Shown here: piece by piece, positions 14,898-22,879 of the stretch | Layout of the letters: each line of letters starts with the position of its first letter | How positions within the stretch are numbered: position 1 is the stretch's first letter | Source of the DNA: Gemmata obscuriglobus | GTDB lineage: Bacteria; Planctomycetota; Planctomycetia; Gemmatales; Gemmataceae | DNA length: 32,000 bases | Direction: 5' to 3' | Assembly (NCBI RefSeq): GCF_008065095.1 | Contig: NZ_CP042911.1 | Coordinates: 1-32,000 of the forward strand | Made by a program: the position numbers and the translations under genes | The notes under the pieces: model-generated | What the model was told of the DNA's origin: nothing | Seen by the model: only the letters and a program-made list of their open reading frames with translations | Databases searched by the model: none

Positions 14898-15839
14898 TTA
14901 CTTCTTTGGGGCTTTGGGCGGCGGCGTAAGTGCGGCTTTCAGCGTGTCCAGTTCCTGGTCCGTGAGCCGCTTACGGGTGGCGGTGATCATTTTGGCGAAG
15001 TGTTCGATTTCGCCCGGTTCTGCCGGGAACCCGATGTTCCCCTTCGGCCCGTCGCTCGTCACCAGCGCTTTCCCCGCGCCGTCGAGCACGACGAACCACG
15101 GAATCCCCCCGCTCTTTTCCGGGTGATACTTCTCGAACACCTCCTTGGCGCCGATCATCCGGTCCTGGTCGATCTTCACATCGACGTAGTCCTTACCAAC
15201 CAGGGCGGCGATGTCCGGGCGTGCGAGCCAGGCATCCAGTTTGAGGCACCAGCCGCACCACGGCGCGCCGAAATGGAGGATCACCTTGCGGTCGGTCTTG
15301 GTGGCGTCGGCGAGGGCCGCGGCCAGCACGTCGGCTGCTTTTTTGGGTTCGGCCTTGTACCTGTCCAGGAACTCTTGCAACTTCTTCGCGTCGTGCCCGT
15401 TCTTGCCGTCCTCTTTCGTCTCGAACGGCTCGGTCGGCTGGTTCACCAGCACCGTGCCGTCGGCGTTGAGGACCGTCAGGAACGGCACGCCGGCGTTGGA
15501 GAGGTCAACGTTGTACTTCTTGAGCAGGTCGGTGTTTTTGCTGTCGATGTGGACCACGTCGTACTCGTAGCGGAGCGTCTTCGCGAGCGCGCGGTCGGTG
15601 GTGAACTTGTTGTGCAGGAGGAGGCACCACGAGCACCAGTTGCCGCCCCACTGGACGAGCACCCGGCGGTTCTCGCGCTTGGCGGAGACGAGGGCGGCTT
15701 CGATGAGGGCTTTGGCGTCCGCCTTTTCGTCGTAGACCTTCACCGCGGCCTTCGTCCCCTTGGCCGGTGCGGGCGGGTCCTCTGCCGAACACGTCAGGGC
15801 GGCGGCGATAACCAGTGCGAGACCGAACAGTGGTTTCAT
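14898..15839 (-). CDS. Secreted protein with two tandem thioredoxin-like domains (WCSWC and WCGWC)
   Basis: ATG at 15839 gives the signal peptide MKPLFGLALVIAAALTCSAED. The two halves each carry V(L/I)(V/L).(W/F)G..WC.WC. Confidence 0.8.
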   Translation of the reverse strand: MKPLFGLALVIAAALTCSAEDPPAPAKGTKAAVKVYDEKADAKALIEAALVSAKRENRRVLVQWGGNWCSWCLLLHNKFTTDRALAKTLRYEYDVVHIDSKNTDLLKKYNVDLSNAGVPFLTVLNADGTVLVNQPTEPFETKEDGKNGHDAKKLQEFLDRYKAEPKKAADVLAAALADATKTDRKVILHFGAPWCGWCLKLDAWLARPDIAALVGKDYVDVKIDQDRMIGAKEVFEKYHPEKSGGIPWFVVLDGAGKALVTSDGPKGNIGFPAEPGEIEHFAKMITATRKRLTDQELDTLKAALTPPPKAPKK

Positions 15840-16068
15840 GTGACTGGCTCCGGGGGTGGTATTCGGCTCGAATTGCGGGCGCGGGCGAACCGGGGGGGCG
15901 CTCGCGCCGGGCGCAGTTTCACATTTCTCCGGACCCGTCACAACCGATTTTTGCGCGCGGCGTGCCTTTCTCACTCAACTCCGCCCGAGGCGCCCGTAAG
16001 ATGCTTGAGTAGACAAACTGTGTTCCAGTGGGTTGGCCCTCCGCCACACTAAAAACAAGGAGCCTCGC

Positions 16069-17106
16069 ATGTCCGTTGTTTCTCCCGCCGAACCTCGTGG
16101 CCTGGCGCCGGCCGGTTCTGGCCCCACGTCCGTATCTCTGCTCGACGACGTTTCGGCCGAAATCCTCGAACTCAAGAAGAAGCTCGGCGCCACGATCCTG
16201 GCTCACTACTACCAGGAGGGCGAGATCCAGGCGCTCGCCGACATCACCGGCGACAGCCTCAAGCTCGCCCGCGAGGCCACGAAGGTCGATTCGCCGGTCA
16301 TCGTGTTTTGTGGCGTGCTGTTTATGGCCGAGACGGCCAAGATGCTGAACCCCACAAAGCGCGTTCTGCTTCCCGACCTGCGGGCCGGGTGCAGCCTCGT
16401 GGACGCGTGCCCCGCGGACAAGCTCGAGCGCTACCAGGAGCGGCTCCGCGAGAACGGCCGCAAGTTCCAGACGGTGTGCTACATCAACTCCTCGGCCAAG
16501 GTGAAGGCGCTGAGCGACTGGGTGGTCACGTCCGGCAACGCGGAGGACATCGTTCGGAACAAGGTGCCCCAGGGGTACGAGATCCTGTTCGTGCCGGACA
16601 AGCACCTCGGCCGTTACCTCCAGGAGCTGACCGGCCGCCCGATGATCCTGTGGGACGGGTCGTGCATGGTCCATGAGATCTTCAGCGTCGTGGACCTGAT
16701 CAAGCAGAAAAAGGAGCACCCGAAGGCGGTGACGCTCGCGCACCCGGAGTGCCCGCAGAACATCCTCCAGCTCGCGGACTTCGCGGGCGGCACGGAGGCG
16801 ATGATCAAGCACGTCGCGGACTACAAGGCGCCGACCGAGTTCCTGGTGGCGACGGAAGCCAACATGATGTGGGAGTTGCAGCGCCGCTACCCGCAGCACA
16901 CCTACCTGGGCGTTCCCGGAATCACGTGCTCGTGCAACAAGTGCCCGCACATGGCTCTGAACACGCTGGAGAAGGTGCGCGACTGTATGCGGGACGGCGC
17001 GCCGGAGATCCTGTGGCAGCCGGAGTTCGACAAGGCCAAGGAAGTGCTCGCGCGGAGCCTGCTGAATCCGCCGGCCACGGCGCCGGTCCAACCTGCGGGG
17101 GACTGA
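16069..17106 (+). CDS. nadA: Quinolinate synthase
   Basis: [48 protein letters not shown], and the CSCNKCPHM cluster Cys region. AAGGAG at 16057-16062, 6 nt before the ATG at 16069. Confidence 0.9.
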   Translation: MSVVSPAEPRGLAPAGSGPTSVSLLDDVSAEILELKKKLGATILAHYYQEGEIQALADITGDSLKLAREATKVDSPVIVFCGVLFMAETAKMLNPTKRVLLPDLRAGCSLVDACPADKLERYQERLRENGRKFQTVCYINSSAKVKALSDWVVTSGNAEDIVRNKVPQGYEILFVPDKHLGRYLQELTGRPMILWDGSCMVHEIFSVVDLIKQKKEHPKAVTLAHPECPQNILQLADFAGGTEAMIKHVADYKAPTEFLVATEANMMWELQRRYPQHTYLGVPGITCSCNKCPHMALNTLEKVRDCMRDGAPEILWQPEFDKAKEVLARSLLNPPATAPVQPAGD

Positions 17107-17109
17107 CCT

Positions 17110-17511
17110 ATGGGGACGCGGGCGACAAAGGGAACGAAGCGCTCGACTGCGGGCGCCCGGACCGAAACGAACGGCGTTGCACCGGTCACCGCGGTTACCG
17201 CCGAAGTGATGACGCTGGCCGAAGCGGCGGCGTGGCTGCGCGTCTCCGAAGCCGGGCTTCGGGCCGATGCGGATAGTGGACGGTTACCGGCTCGGCTGGT
17301 GGCGGGCGAGTGGCGGTTCAACAAGGCCGCGCTGCTCGAATGGCTGAGCCACCCCGAGCCGCCGGCTTCACGCCCGAAGACCGGTGCGGAACTAGTTGAG
17401 CACATCCGGCGGGTACGCGCGGCTTCGTCTGACCCAGAAACGGAAGAAGAGGCCGAGGAATTCATCCGCCAAATGTACGCTCGGCGTAAGGCTGATTCTG
17501 CCGCGGGGTGA
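17110..17511 (+). CDS. Antitoxin-like DNA-binding protein (excisionase/MerR-type HTH) with an acidic C-terminal tail
   Basis: MTLAEAAAWLRVSEAGLRADADSGRLPARLVAGEWRFNKAALLEWL is an excisionase-type HTH. The tail DPETEEEAEEFIRQMY is acidic. The stop lies 3 nt before the PIN gene. The real start may be the ATG at 17209. Confidence 0.7.
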   Translation: MGTRATKGTKRSTAGARTETNGVAPVTAVTAEVMTLAEAAAWLRVSEAGLRADADSGRLPARLVAGEWRFNKAALLEWLSHPEPPASRPKTGAELVEHIRRVRAASSDPETEEEAEEFIRQMYARRKADSAAG

Positions 17512-17514
17512 TCC

Positions 17515-17937
17515 GTGGTTTTCGTTCTCGACACCGACATCACCACGCTCGCGTTTCAGAACAACGAGCGGGTGACCGCGCAACTCGCGGCCCGCTCGAA
17601 AGAGGAAGTGGCGATTTCTTACGCCACTTGGCTCGAGATCATGCGTGGTCGTATCGAATCTGTGATTAAGGCCGCGACCGGGGTTGAGTTGCTTCGCGCG
17701 GTCACGCGCTTGGCTGATTCCGAGCAATTTCTTGCTCCCTTCGCGATGCTCCCGATCGATGAAGCCGTGGCCGACCGGTTCGATCAGCTCCGTGCGCTCA
17801 AAAAGCTGAACAAGATGGACCGCGGCGATGTACTTCAGGCCGCGATTGCGCTCGCGAACGCGGCCACGCTTGTGACGCGGAACACCAAGGACTACGCGGC
17901 CGTCCCCGGGCTGAAGCTCGACAACTGGGCGGCTTAA
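17515..17937 (+). CDS. vapC: PIN-domain ribonuclease toxin VapC
   Basis: GTG start. FVLDTDI (first acidic residue), internal Glu and Asp residues, LVTRNTKDY near the C-terminus. About 140 aa, the typical VapC size. Confidence 0.85.
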   Translation: MVFVLDTDITTLAFQNNERVTAQLAARSKEEVAISYATWLEIMRGRIESVIKAATGVELLRAVTRLADSEQFLAPFAMLPIDEAVADRFDQLRALKKLNKMDRGDVLQAAIALANAATLVTRNTKDYAAVPGLKLDNWAA

Positions 17938-18028
17938 ATCCCGTCGAATGCACTTCACCGCGGTGTGGTCGGGTGTTCACTTTCAAGGTATCGTAACGGC
18001 ATCCCGCTCGCCAGGGAAGGAGCGACCC

Positions 18029-18694
18029 ATGCCGCCGATCGTGCCGAACCGGTTCCTCGTCCGCGTCAGCCACCCGTGCCCGTTTGTGAAGGACGCGCCG
18101 CGCGACACTGAGGAGGACGAACACCTCGTTGACCTGCCCGAGACGGCGCGGTTGGAAAACTTCGCCGCCCTGGATGAGCAGCAGAACTTCGCGGATGTGC
18201 GCCTGGCGTGGAATGAGTTCGGGCTCGCCGTGCAGGTGGAGGTGAGAGGCAAATCGCAGGCGCCCGTGGGCGACTCCGACAAGCCGAGCGCGTCCGACGG
18301 GCTGCGGTTGTTGATCGACACCCGCGACGCCCGCGCCAGTCACCGCGCGAGCCGCTACTGCCACCACTTCTCGTTCTTCCCAACCGGGGGCGGGGTCGAC
18401 AAGGACGAGCCGTTCGTCACGCAGTCGAAGATCAACCGGGCGCTGCAAGACGCGCCGATGGCGAGTATTGCGGACATTCTCTTTCGGACGCACAAGATCA
18501 AGGGCGGGTACCGTCTGGAAGCGTTCCTTCCCGCGGCGGCGCTCAACGGCTTCGATCCGTCCGAACACCCGCGCCTCGGCGTGTACTACTGCGTTCGCGA
18601 CCAAGAGATCGGGGACCAGTTTTTGAGCGTCGGTTGGGAGTTCCCGTTCGGCGAAGACCCGTCGTTGTGGGCAGTACTGGAGTTGGTGAAGTAA
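18029..18694 (+). CDS. Hypothetical cytoplasmic protein, beta-sandwich-like (possibly CBM9/DOMON-like; weak)
   Basis: AAGGAG at 18017-18022, 6 nt before the ATG at 18029. Strong GC3 bias. No signal peptide. The family call is only an impression. Confidence 0.65.
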   Translation: MPPIVPNRFLVRVSHPCPFVKDAPRDTEEDEHLVDLPETARLENFAALDEQQNFADVRLAWNEFGLAVQVEVRGKSQAPVGDSDKPSASDGLRLLIDTRDARASHRASRYCHHFSFFPTGGGVDKDEPFVTQSKINRALQDAPMASIADILFRTHKIKGGYRLEAFLPAAALNGFDPSEHPRLGVYYCVRDQEIGDQFLSVGWEFPFGEDPSLWAVLELVK

Positions 18695-18706
18695 ATCGGG
18701 CAACAC

Positions 18707-18807
18707 AGAGTTATTGACAGGATCAACAGGATGCACAGGATTGAAGACAAGAAGCATTGCCTTCTGTCTTCAATCCTGTGCATCCTGTTGATCCTGTCAA
18801 TAACTCT
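18707..18807. repeat. 101-bp perfect palindrome (43-bp arms) with three 9-bp-spaced ACAGGAT units per arm
   Basis: 18707-18749 is the exact reverse complement of 18765-18807 (checked base by base). 4 more bp pair inside (18751-18754 with 18761-18764) if A18750 is bulged. ACAGGAT at 18717, 18726 and 18735. Confidence 0.95.
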
Positions 18808-18809
18808 TC

Positions 18810-19199
18810 TCAATCGAGGTCGATCCCGAGTTCCTTTGGGGTCGGGACGATCACGGGCGGATCATCGAGCGTAATGCCCAGCCGCTCCGGCGACGGTACC
18901 TCGGCGCGGACCGGTTTCGGAGCTTCCACCGGCTTGGGTTGTGGGCGCGCCGCGACTGGTCGCGGTTGGGGCTGCGGCTGGCGTTGCGGTTGCGGGGCGT
19001 AGTACGGCTGCGGCAGCGCCGCACCGCTACCGAGGCCGTAGGGGTCGAAGTTCGGCGCACCGCCGAACGGGGTTGGGCACCCGACCGGCGTTCACCCCGC
19101 GCCGGAGCGGCCGGGGATGAGCGTGAACCACAGGCCCACGCCCAACCCCACCACGACCGTGGGCAGCCCTGCCCAGAGCGCTACCTTGCGCGTTCTCAT
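18810..19199 (-). CDS. Membrane-anchored Pro/Gln-rich protein whose frame contains one in-frame TGA (19094-19092): readthrough, Sec, pseudogene or sequencing error
   Basis: ATG at 19199: MRTRKVALWAGLPTVVVGLGVGLWFTLIPGRSGAG-TGA-TPVGCPTPFGGAPNFDPYGLGSGAALPQPYYAPQPQRQPQPQP...KELGIDLD-TGA (18812-18810). GC3 stays high after the TGA. An alternative ATG lies at 19220. Confidence 0.45.
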
Positions 19200-19303
19200 A
19201 AGCGAGAAGCTTCCTTGCATCAGAGCCGCGATCCTTCGCGACTCGGAGGGCGCTTCATAGCTTTTCTCCGGAACCGGTAAAGCCCAACCTGTGGAGGTCA
19301 CCC

Positions 19304-20056
19304 ATGTTCGCGCTGCTGCTCTTGACAGCGTTTTTCGCCGCGGGCGAATCGAAGCTGCCGCTTCAAAAGGGCTACAAGGCGAGCGGTGACGGGCTGAAGT
19401 CGGAGCACGCAACTCAGGCCGCCGCCGCGACCGACGAGCACATCTTCGCAGTGTCGAGCACGACCGTCGCGATGTACGACCGCGCGACCGGGAAGCTGCT
19501 CGCGGCGAGTAAGGATAAGGCCGAGCACCTCAACAGCGCGTTCGTGTGGAAGGGCAAGGTGTACTGCGCCCACTCGAACTACCCGAAGAAGCCCGAGACC
19601 AGCGAGATTCGCGTTTACGACCCCGCGACGAACAAGCTGAGCGTGTTCCACGAGTTCAAAGACCCGCCGGGGAGCCTCGTGTGGAACGTTCACGACGGGA
19701 AGAACTGGTGGTGCTGTTTTGCGCACTATCAAGAGGATAACGCCAAGACGATCCTGATCCGCATGACCGATGCCTTCAAGGAAGAGCAGCGCTGGACGTT
19801 CCCGAAGAAGGTCGTTGACGACTGGGACAAGATGAGCACGTCGGGGGGTGTCTGGGACGGGGACACGCTGTTGGTGAGCCACCACCACTACAAGGTGCTG
19901 TACCGGCTGAAGGTGCCGAAGGACGGAGCGGAATTGGAACTCGTGGAGTCGCTGGAGTGCCCGTTTCCGGGCCAGGGGATCGCACGGGACACCAAAACGG
20001 CCGGCCTTATCGGCATCGACCGTGGTGCCCGTAAGGTGGTGTTTGCTGTGAAGTGA
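19304..20056 (+). CDS. Secreted hypothetical protein
   Basis: GGAGG at 19293-19297, then ATG. Signal-like MFALLLLTAFFAAGES. 250 aa, Trp/His-rich, beta-rich impression. No family named. Confidence 0.75.
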   Translation: MFALLLLTAFFAAGESKLPLQKGYKASGDGLKSEHATQAAAATDEHIFAVSSTTVAMYDRATGKLLAASKDKAEHLNSAFVWKGKVYCAHSNYPKKPETSEIRVYDPATNKLSVFHEFKDPPGSLVWNVHDGKNWWCCFAHYQEDNAKTILIRMTDAFKEEQRWTFPKKVVDDWDKMSTSGGVWDGDTLLVSHHHYKVLYRLKVPKDGAELELVESLECPFPGQGIARDTKTAGLIGIDRGARKVVFAVK

Positions 20057-20075
20057 AGCGGTGGGCCGCTTCGCC

Positions 20076-20921
20076 CTACGAAAGAATGTCTGTGGCGCTC
20101 TTGCGGATCGTTTCGCAGTAGGTTTCCAGCGCGAGGTCGTCGCCGTCGCGGCCGAAGGGTTGCTCGACGGCTTCTGCGGTCAGTTCGATTCCGAACAGGA
20201 AGTAGACCATCACCGGAAGTACGAGAATCACCCACGCGCCGAGCGGCTCGACCAGCGCCCACGGGGTGACCAGAAACCCGAGCACCAGTCCGTGCCGCAG
20301 GAGCGACAGGTACGACGGGACGTGCGGCGTGTTCCGAATGCGCTCGCACGCCCCGCAGACGTCCATGAGCGCGTTGAGGTTGGTGTCGAGGATCTGTTGC
20401 ATGTGCCCGTCGATGCGCCCCGCCCGGCGCCAGCCGGCCACGAACCCGATCAACCGCCCCGCGATGTACGCCGGGACGTGCTGCGGGTCGACCGTTTGCT
20501 TTTCAAACCCGGACACGTCGCTGAGCCGGGTGGGGCCGCGCAGGTGCTTCATGAGCGCCACCGCGAACGCGGCGACCAGTCCGGCGAACTCGTGTCGTTC
20601 GCGGACATCAGGGGTGGCAAGTTCGCGCGCTTTGAGACACAGGTTGCGCGAGTGGTTCACCAGCCCGCCCCACAAGATGCGCCCCTCCCACCATCGGTCG
20701 TACGCGACTTTCGTGCGGAAGCTGACCAACAGGCCCAGGATGGCCGTGTTCCACATGGCGAACTGGGACGACCAAACCGGTTGAGCGACACCGCTGGTCG
20801 GGTTCAGCGCCCACGCCAGCACGGAGTACCCCGCTGCGGCCGCGACCGCGATCGCCAGGCGCCTCGCGATCGTCGGCGGCGGCCAGATCCACCCGAGCAG
20901 CGTTCGGCGGTTGTCGGCCAA
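20076..20921 (-). CDS. Bestrophin/UPF0187 (YneE-like) family membrane channel protein
   Basis: LLVSFRTKVAYDRWWEGRILWGGLVNHSRNL is the characteristic bestrophin-family segment. Multiple TM helices. TTG start at 20921. Confidence 0.8.
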   Translation of the reverse strand: MADNRRTLLGWIWPPPTIARRLAIAVAAAAGYSVLAWALNPTSGVAQPVWSSQFAMWNTAILGLLVSFRTKVAYDRWWEGRILWGGLVNHSRNLCLKARELATPDVRERHEFAGLVAAFAVALMKHLRGPTRLSDVSGFEKQTVDPQHVPAYIAGRLIGFVAGWRRAGRIDGHMQQILDTNLNALMDVCGACERIRNTPHVPSYLSLLRHGLVLGFLVTPWALVEPLGAWVILVLPVMVYFLFGIELTAEAVEQPFGRDGDDLALETYCETIRKSATDILS

Positions 20922-20936
20922 CGTTGTTCTCCCCGT

Positions 20937-21743
20937 TCAGGACCCCGGTTGTGCGTCGCCGAGGCGCGGCAGTTCGTCGAGCGCCTGGAGGCCGAACACC
21001 TGTAAGAACCGCGGCGTGGTTCCGTACCGCACTTCGCGCTCGGCCGCGTCGGCGCGGTGCCGGACCGCAATCAGACCCAACCGCACGAGCTGGCGTAATG
21101 CCGGGCCGGAATCCGTCCCGCGAACCACATCCACTTCTGCTTTACTGAGCGGCTGTCGGTACGCCACAACCGAGAGCACATCGAGTGCCGGTTGGCTCAG
21201 ACGCGCCTCCCGCGGTCCGCCGAACAACTTCTCGCGGAGGCCCCTGTGCGCCGGCCGAACGGAAAGGACGAACCCGTTGTCGCGCGATTCGATGAGGTAG
21301 GGCCGGTGCTGGTCGCGGTACCGTTTGTTGAGTACCGCCACGGCTTCCTGGAACCGTTCGGGGGTCAGCCCGCGAACCGCGGCGCATGCGACCTCCGCCG
21401 CGAGCGGGTGCCCGCCCACGAACAGCATCGCTTCAACCAGTTGCTCTGGGGACGGCGGGACTTCGCTCGCGGCGCCTTCAGCGAGCGATGGCGGGCGTAA
21501 GCCTTTTGAGGTTGCAGTGCTTCGGGTGACGTGAGGGGGGGCTTCCGCTGCCGGCGCGGTCGGGGGCGCTTCGTGTACCGGCGGGGCGGGTGTCTCGTCT
21601 GGAGCGTCCGCTTCGAGCCCTTCGGCAAACTCTTCAACGATATCGAGTTGCCACTCGCCGCCGAGGTGCGCCGCTGCGGCCTGACCCAGCGCGAGCGGAT
21701 CGGTCTGTTCGCTCGGTTCGGTCGGTTCGTCTGCGGTCGCCAT
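20937..21743 (-). CDS. scpB: Segregation and condensation protein B with a ~95-aa acidic/Pro-rich N-terminal extension
   Basis: VEAMLFVGGHPL, LSQPALDVLSVVAYRQPLSKAEVDVVRGTDSGPALRQLVRLGLI (tandem winged-helix ScpB pattern). Confidence 0.9.
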   Translation of the reverse strand: MATADEPTEPSEQTDPLALGQAAAAHLGGEWQLDIVEEFAEGLEADAPDETPAPPVHEAPPTAPAAEAPPHVTRSTATSKGLRPPSLAEGAASEVPPSPEQLVEAMLFVGGHPLAAEVACAAVRGLTPERFQEAVAVLNKRYRDQHRPYLIESRDNGFVLSVRPAHRGLREKLFGGPREARLSQPALDVLSVVAYRQPLSKAEVDVVRGTDSGPALRQLVRLGLIAVRHRADAAEREVRYGTTPRFLQVFGLQALDELPRLGDAQPGS

Positions 21744-21750
21744 GCGCGGT

Positions 21751-22137
21751 TTAGTGAGGTAGCCCCAAGCCGGTGATAACGGTTCCGGTCCAGAGCACTA
21801 GGAACGCGATCCCAAACACAATGTGCATCTTCCGACGGTGCATCTTCCCCGTCGCGAGCATCAGGGGCAATATCAGTGTGGACGGGACGGAGAAGCAGAG
21901 GTGGACACGCAGGTCCGCGCGGGCCTCCGGGGTGAACAGTTCGGACACCGGGACGACTTGCAGCAGTCCTTCAAAGCACAGTACGGTAATCATCGTGAGT
22001 ACGAAGAACGCGAGGTTAATCTGCCCGTGCAGTTTCGGGCGCCCCATCGCGAGCGCGACCATCGACAGCGTGAGTAGCACCGTCACCGTGACTACGAGAA
22101 CCTTCAAGGTGATGACGATTTGGGGGCCGGTTGGCAT
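21751..22137 (-). CDS. Small 4-TM membrane protein (possibly DUF420-like; weak)
   Basis: 128 aa with four hydrophobic segments. ATG at 22137. 7-bp gap to scpB. Confidence 0.65.
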   Translation of the reverse strand: MPTGPQIVITLKVLVVTVTVLLTLSMVALAMGRPKLHGQINLAFFVLTMITVLCFEGLLQVVPVSELFTPEARADLRVHLCFSVPSTLILPLMLATGKMHRRKMHIVFGIAFLVLWTGTVITGLGLPH

Positions 22138-22279
22138 GACAGCACCTGCGACTCGGGCGAGAGCGAACCTCTGGGTTAATGTGGCACGTTAACCCGCGTC
22201 GTGTACACAAAAGTTAACGGTTTCGCGGGTTCGCTTCCGCGCGAGTGTTCAAGATTGGGCTTCAGCGCGAACCGCGTCG

Positions 22280-22828
22280 TTAATCGTCGTCGCGGCGGCG
22301 CCGCTTGCGCGGCACAGGGCGGGTACAAATCATCGCGGCGTCGTCGTCCCACACAACGGCACAGAGTACCTGCCGGTCTTCCAGACGCTTCAGGGGCAAG
22401 TGGTCGCGGTAGATGAAGATGTGGGCGAGGTACACCTCACGACCGTCAGTGAACTCGTCCGGGAGCCGGTCTCTTCGCCCCTCAATGTAGGTTTCATCCG
22501 ACATCAGTTTCGAAACCGCGCGCTCGGCTTTGGTTCGCCCGATCACGCGGCCGGCTTCGCTTTTGAGGTCCATGATCCGCGCGGCCAGGTCGGTCATGAA
22601 CTCTTCGTCGTCGTTGGTGTCCGGGTCCGGGGAGATCACAACGAGCGCCGGCAGGTCCATGTGGCCGTCCTCGAACAGGGCGCTGTTCGCCTGGACGAGC
22701 CACCCGTGCGTTTTGTCACCCTGCTCGAGGGTGCGCGCGCGGCGCTTGCGGTCGACCACGTTGGCGTAAACCACGAAGGCGACGGCCGCAACGGTCAGCG
22801 CGACGCACACCCAACCCCAGATCGGCAT
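22280..22828 (-). CDS. Hypothetical N-terminally anchored membrane protein
   Basis: ATG at 22828 gives MPIWGWVCVALTVAAVAFVVYANVV (TM), followed by a soluble domain and an RKRRRRDDD tail. Confidence 0.65.
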   Translation of the reverse strand: MPIWGWVCVALTVAAVAFVVYANVVDRKRRARTLEQGDKTHGWLVQANSALFEDGHMDLPALVVISPDPDTNDDEEFMTDLAARIMDLKSEAGRVIGRTKAERAVSKLMSDETYIEGRRDRLPDEFTDGREVYLAHIFIYRDHLPLKRLEDRQVLCAVVWDDDAAMICTRPVPRKRRRRDDD

Positions 22829-22879
22829 GACGAAACTCCTGCGCGCTCGGACCCGGGCGCGGGTCCGAATATACACGCA

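Noticed and set aside
15840-16068. A possible NAD-responsive riboswitch or regulator site upstream of nadA.
   Set aside because: I could not recognise the conserved nadA-motif elements or any convincing paired structure by eye. A covariance-model scan would be needed, so I make no claim.
13060-17091. Long ORFs antisense to or overlapping sthA, the thioredoxin-like gene and nadA (13060-14850 +, 14796-16052 +, 15919-17091 -).
   Set aside because: The same GC-driven artefact. The opposite-strand genes carry clear motifs, and these frames have Arg/Gly/Pro-dominated composition.
19051-19090. Calling the hairpins after the in-frame TGA a bona fide SECIS element.
   Set aside because: Two mutually exclusive GC-rich hairpins can be drawn, which is expected by chance in this composition. 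The U....C context is atypical, and I cannot verify Sec machinery from this window. I keep it only as one hypothesis within the TGA finding.
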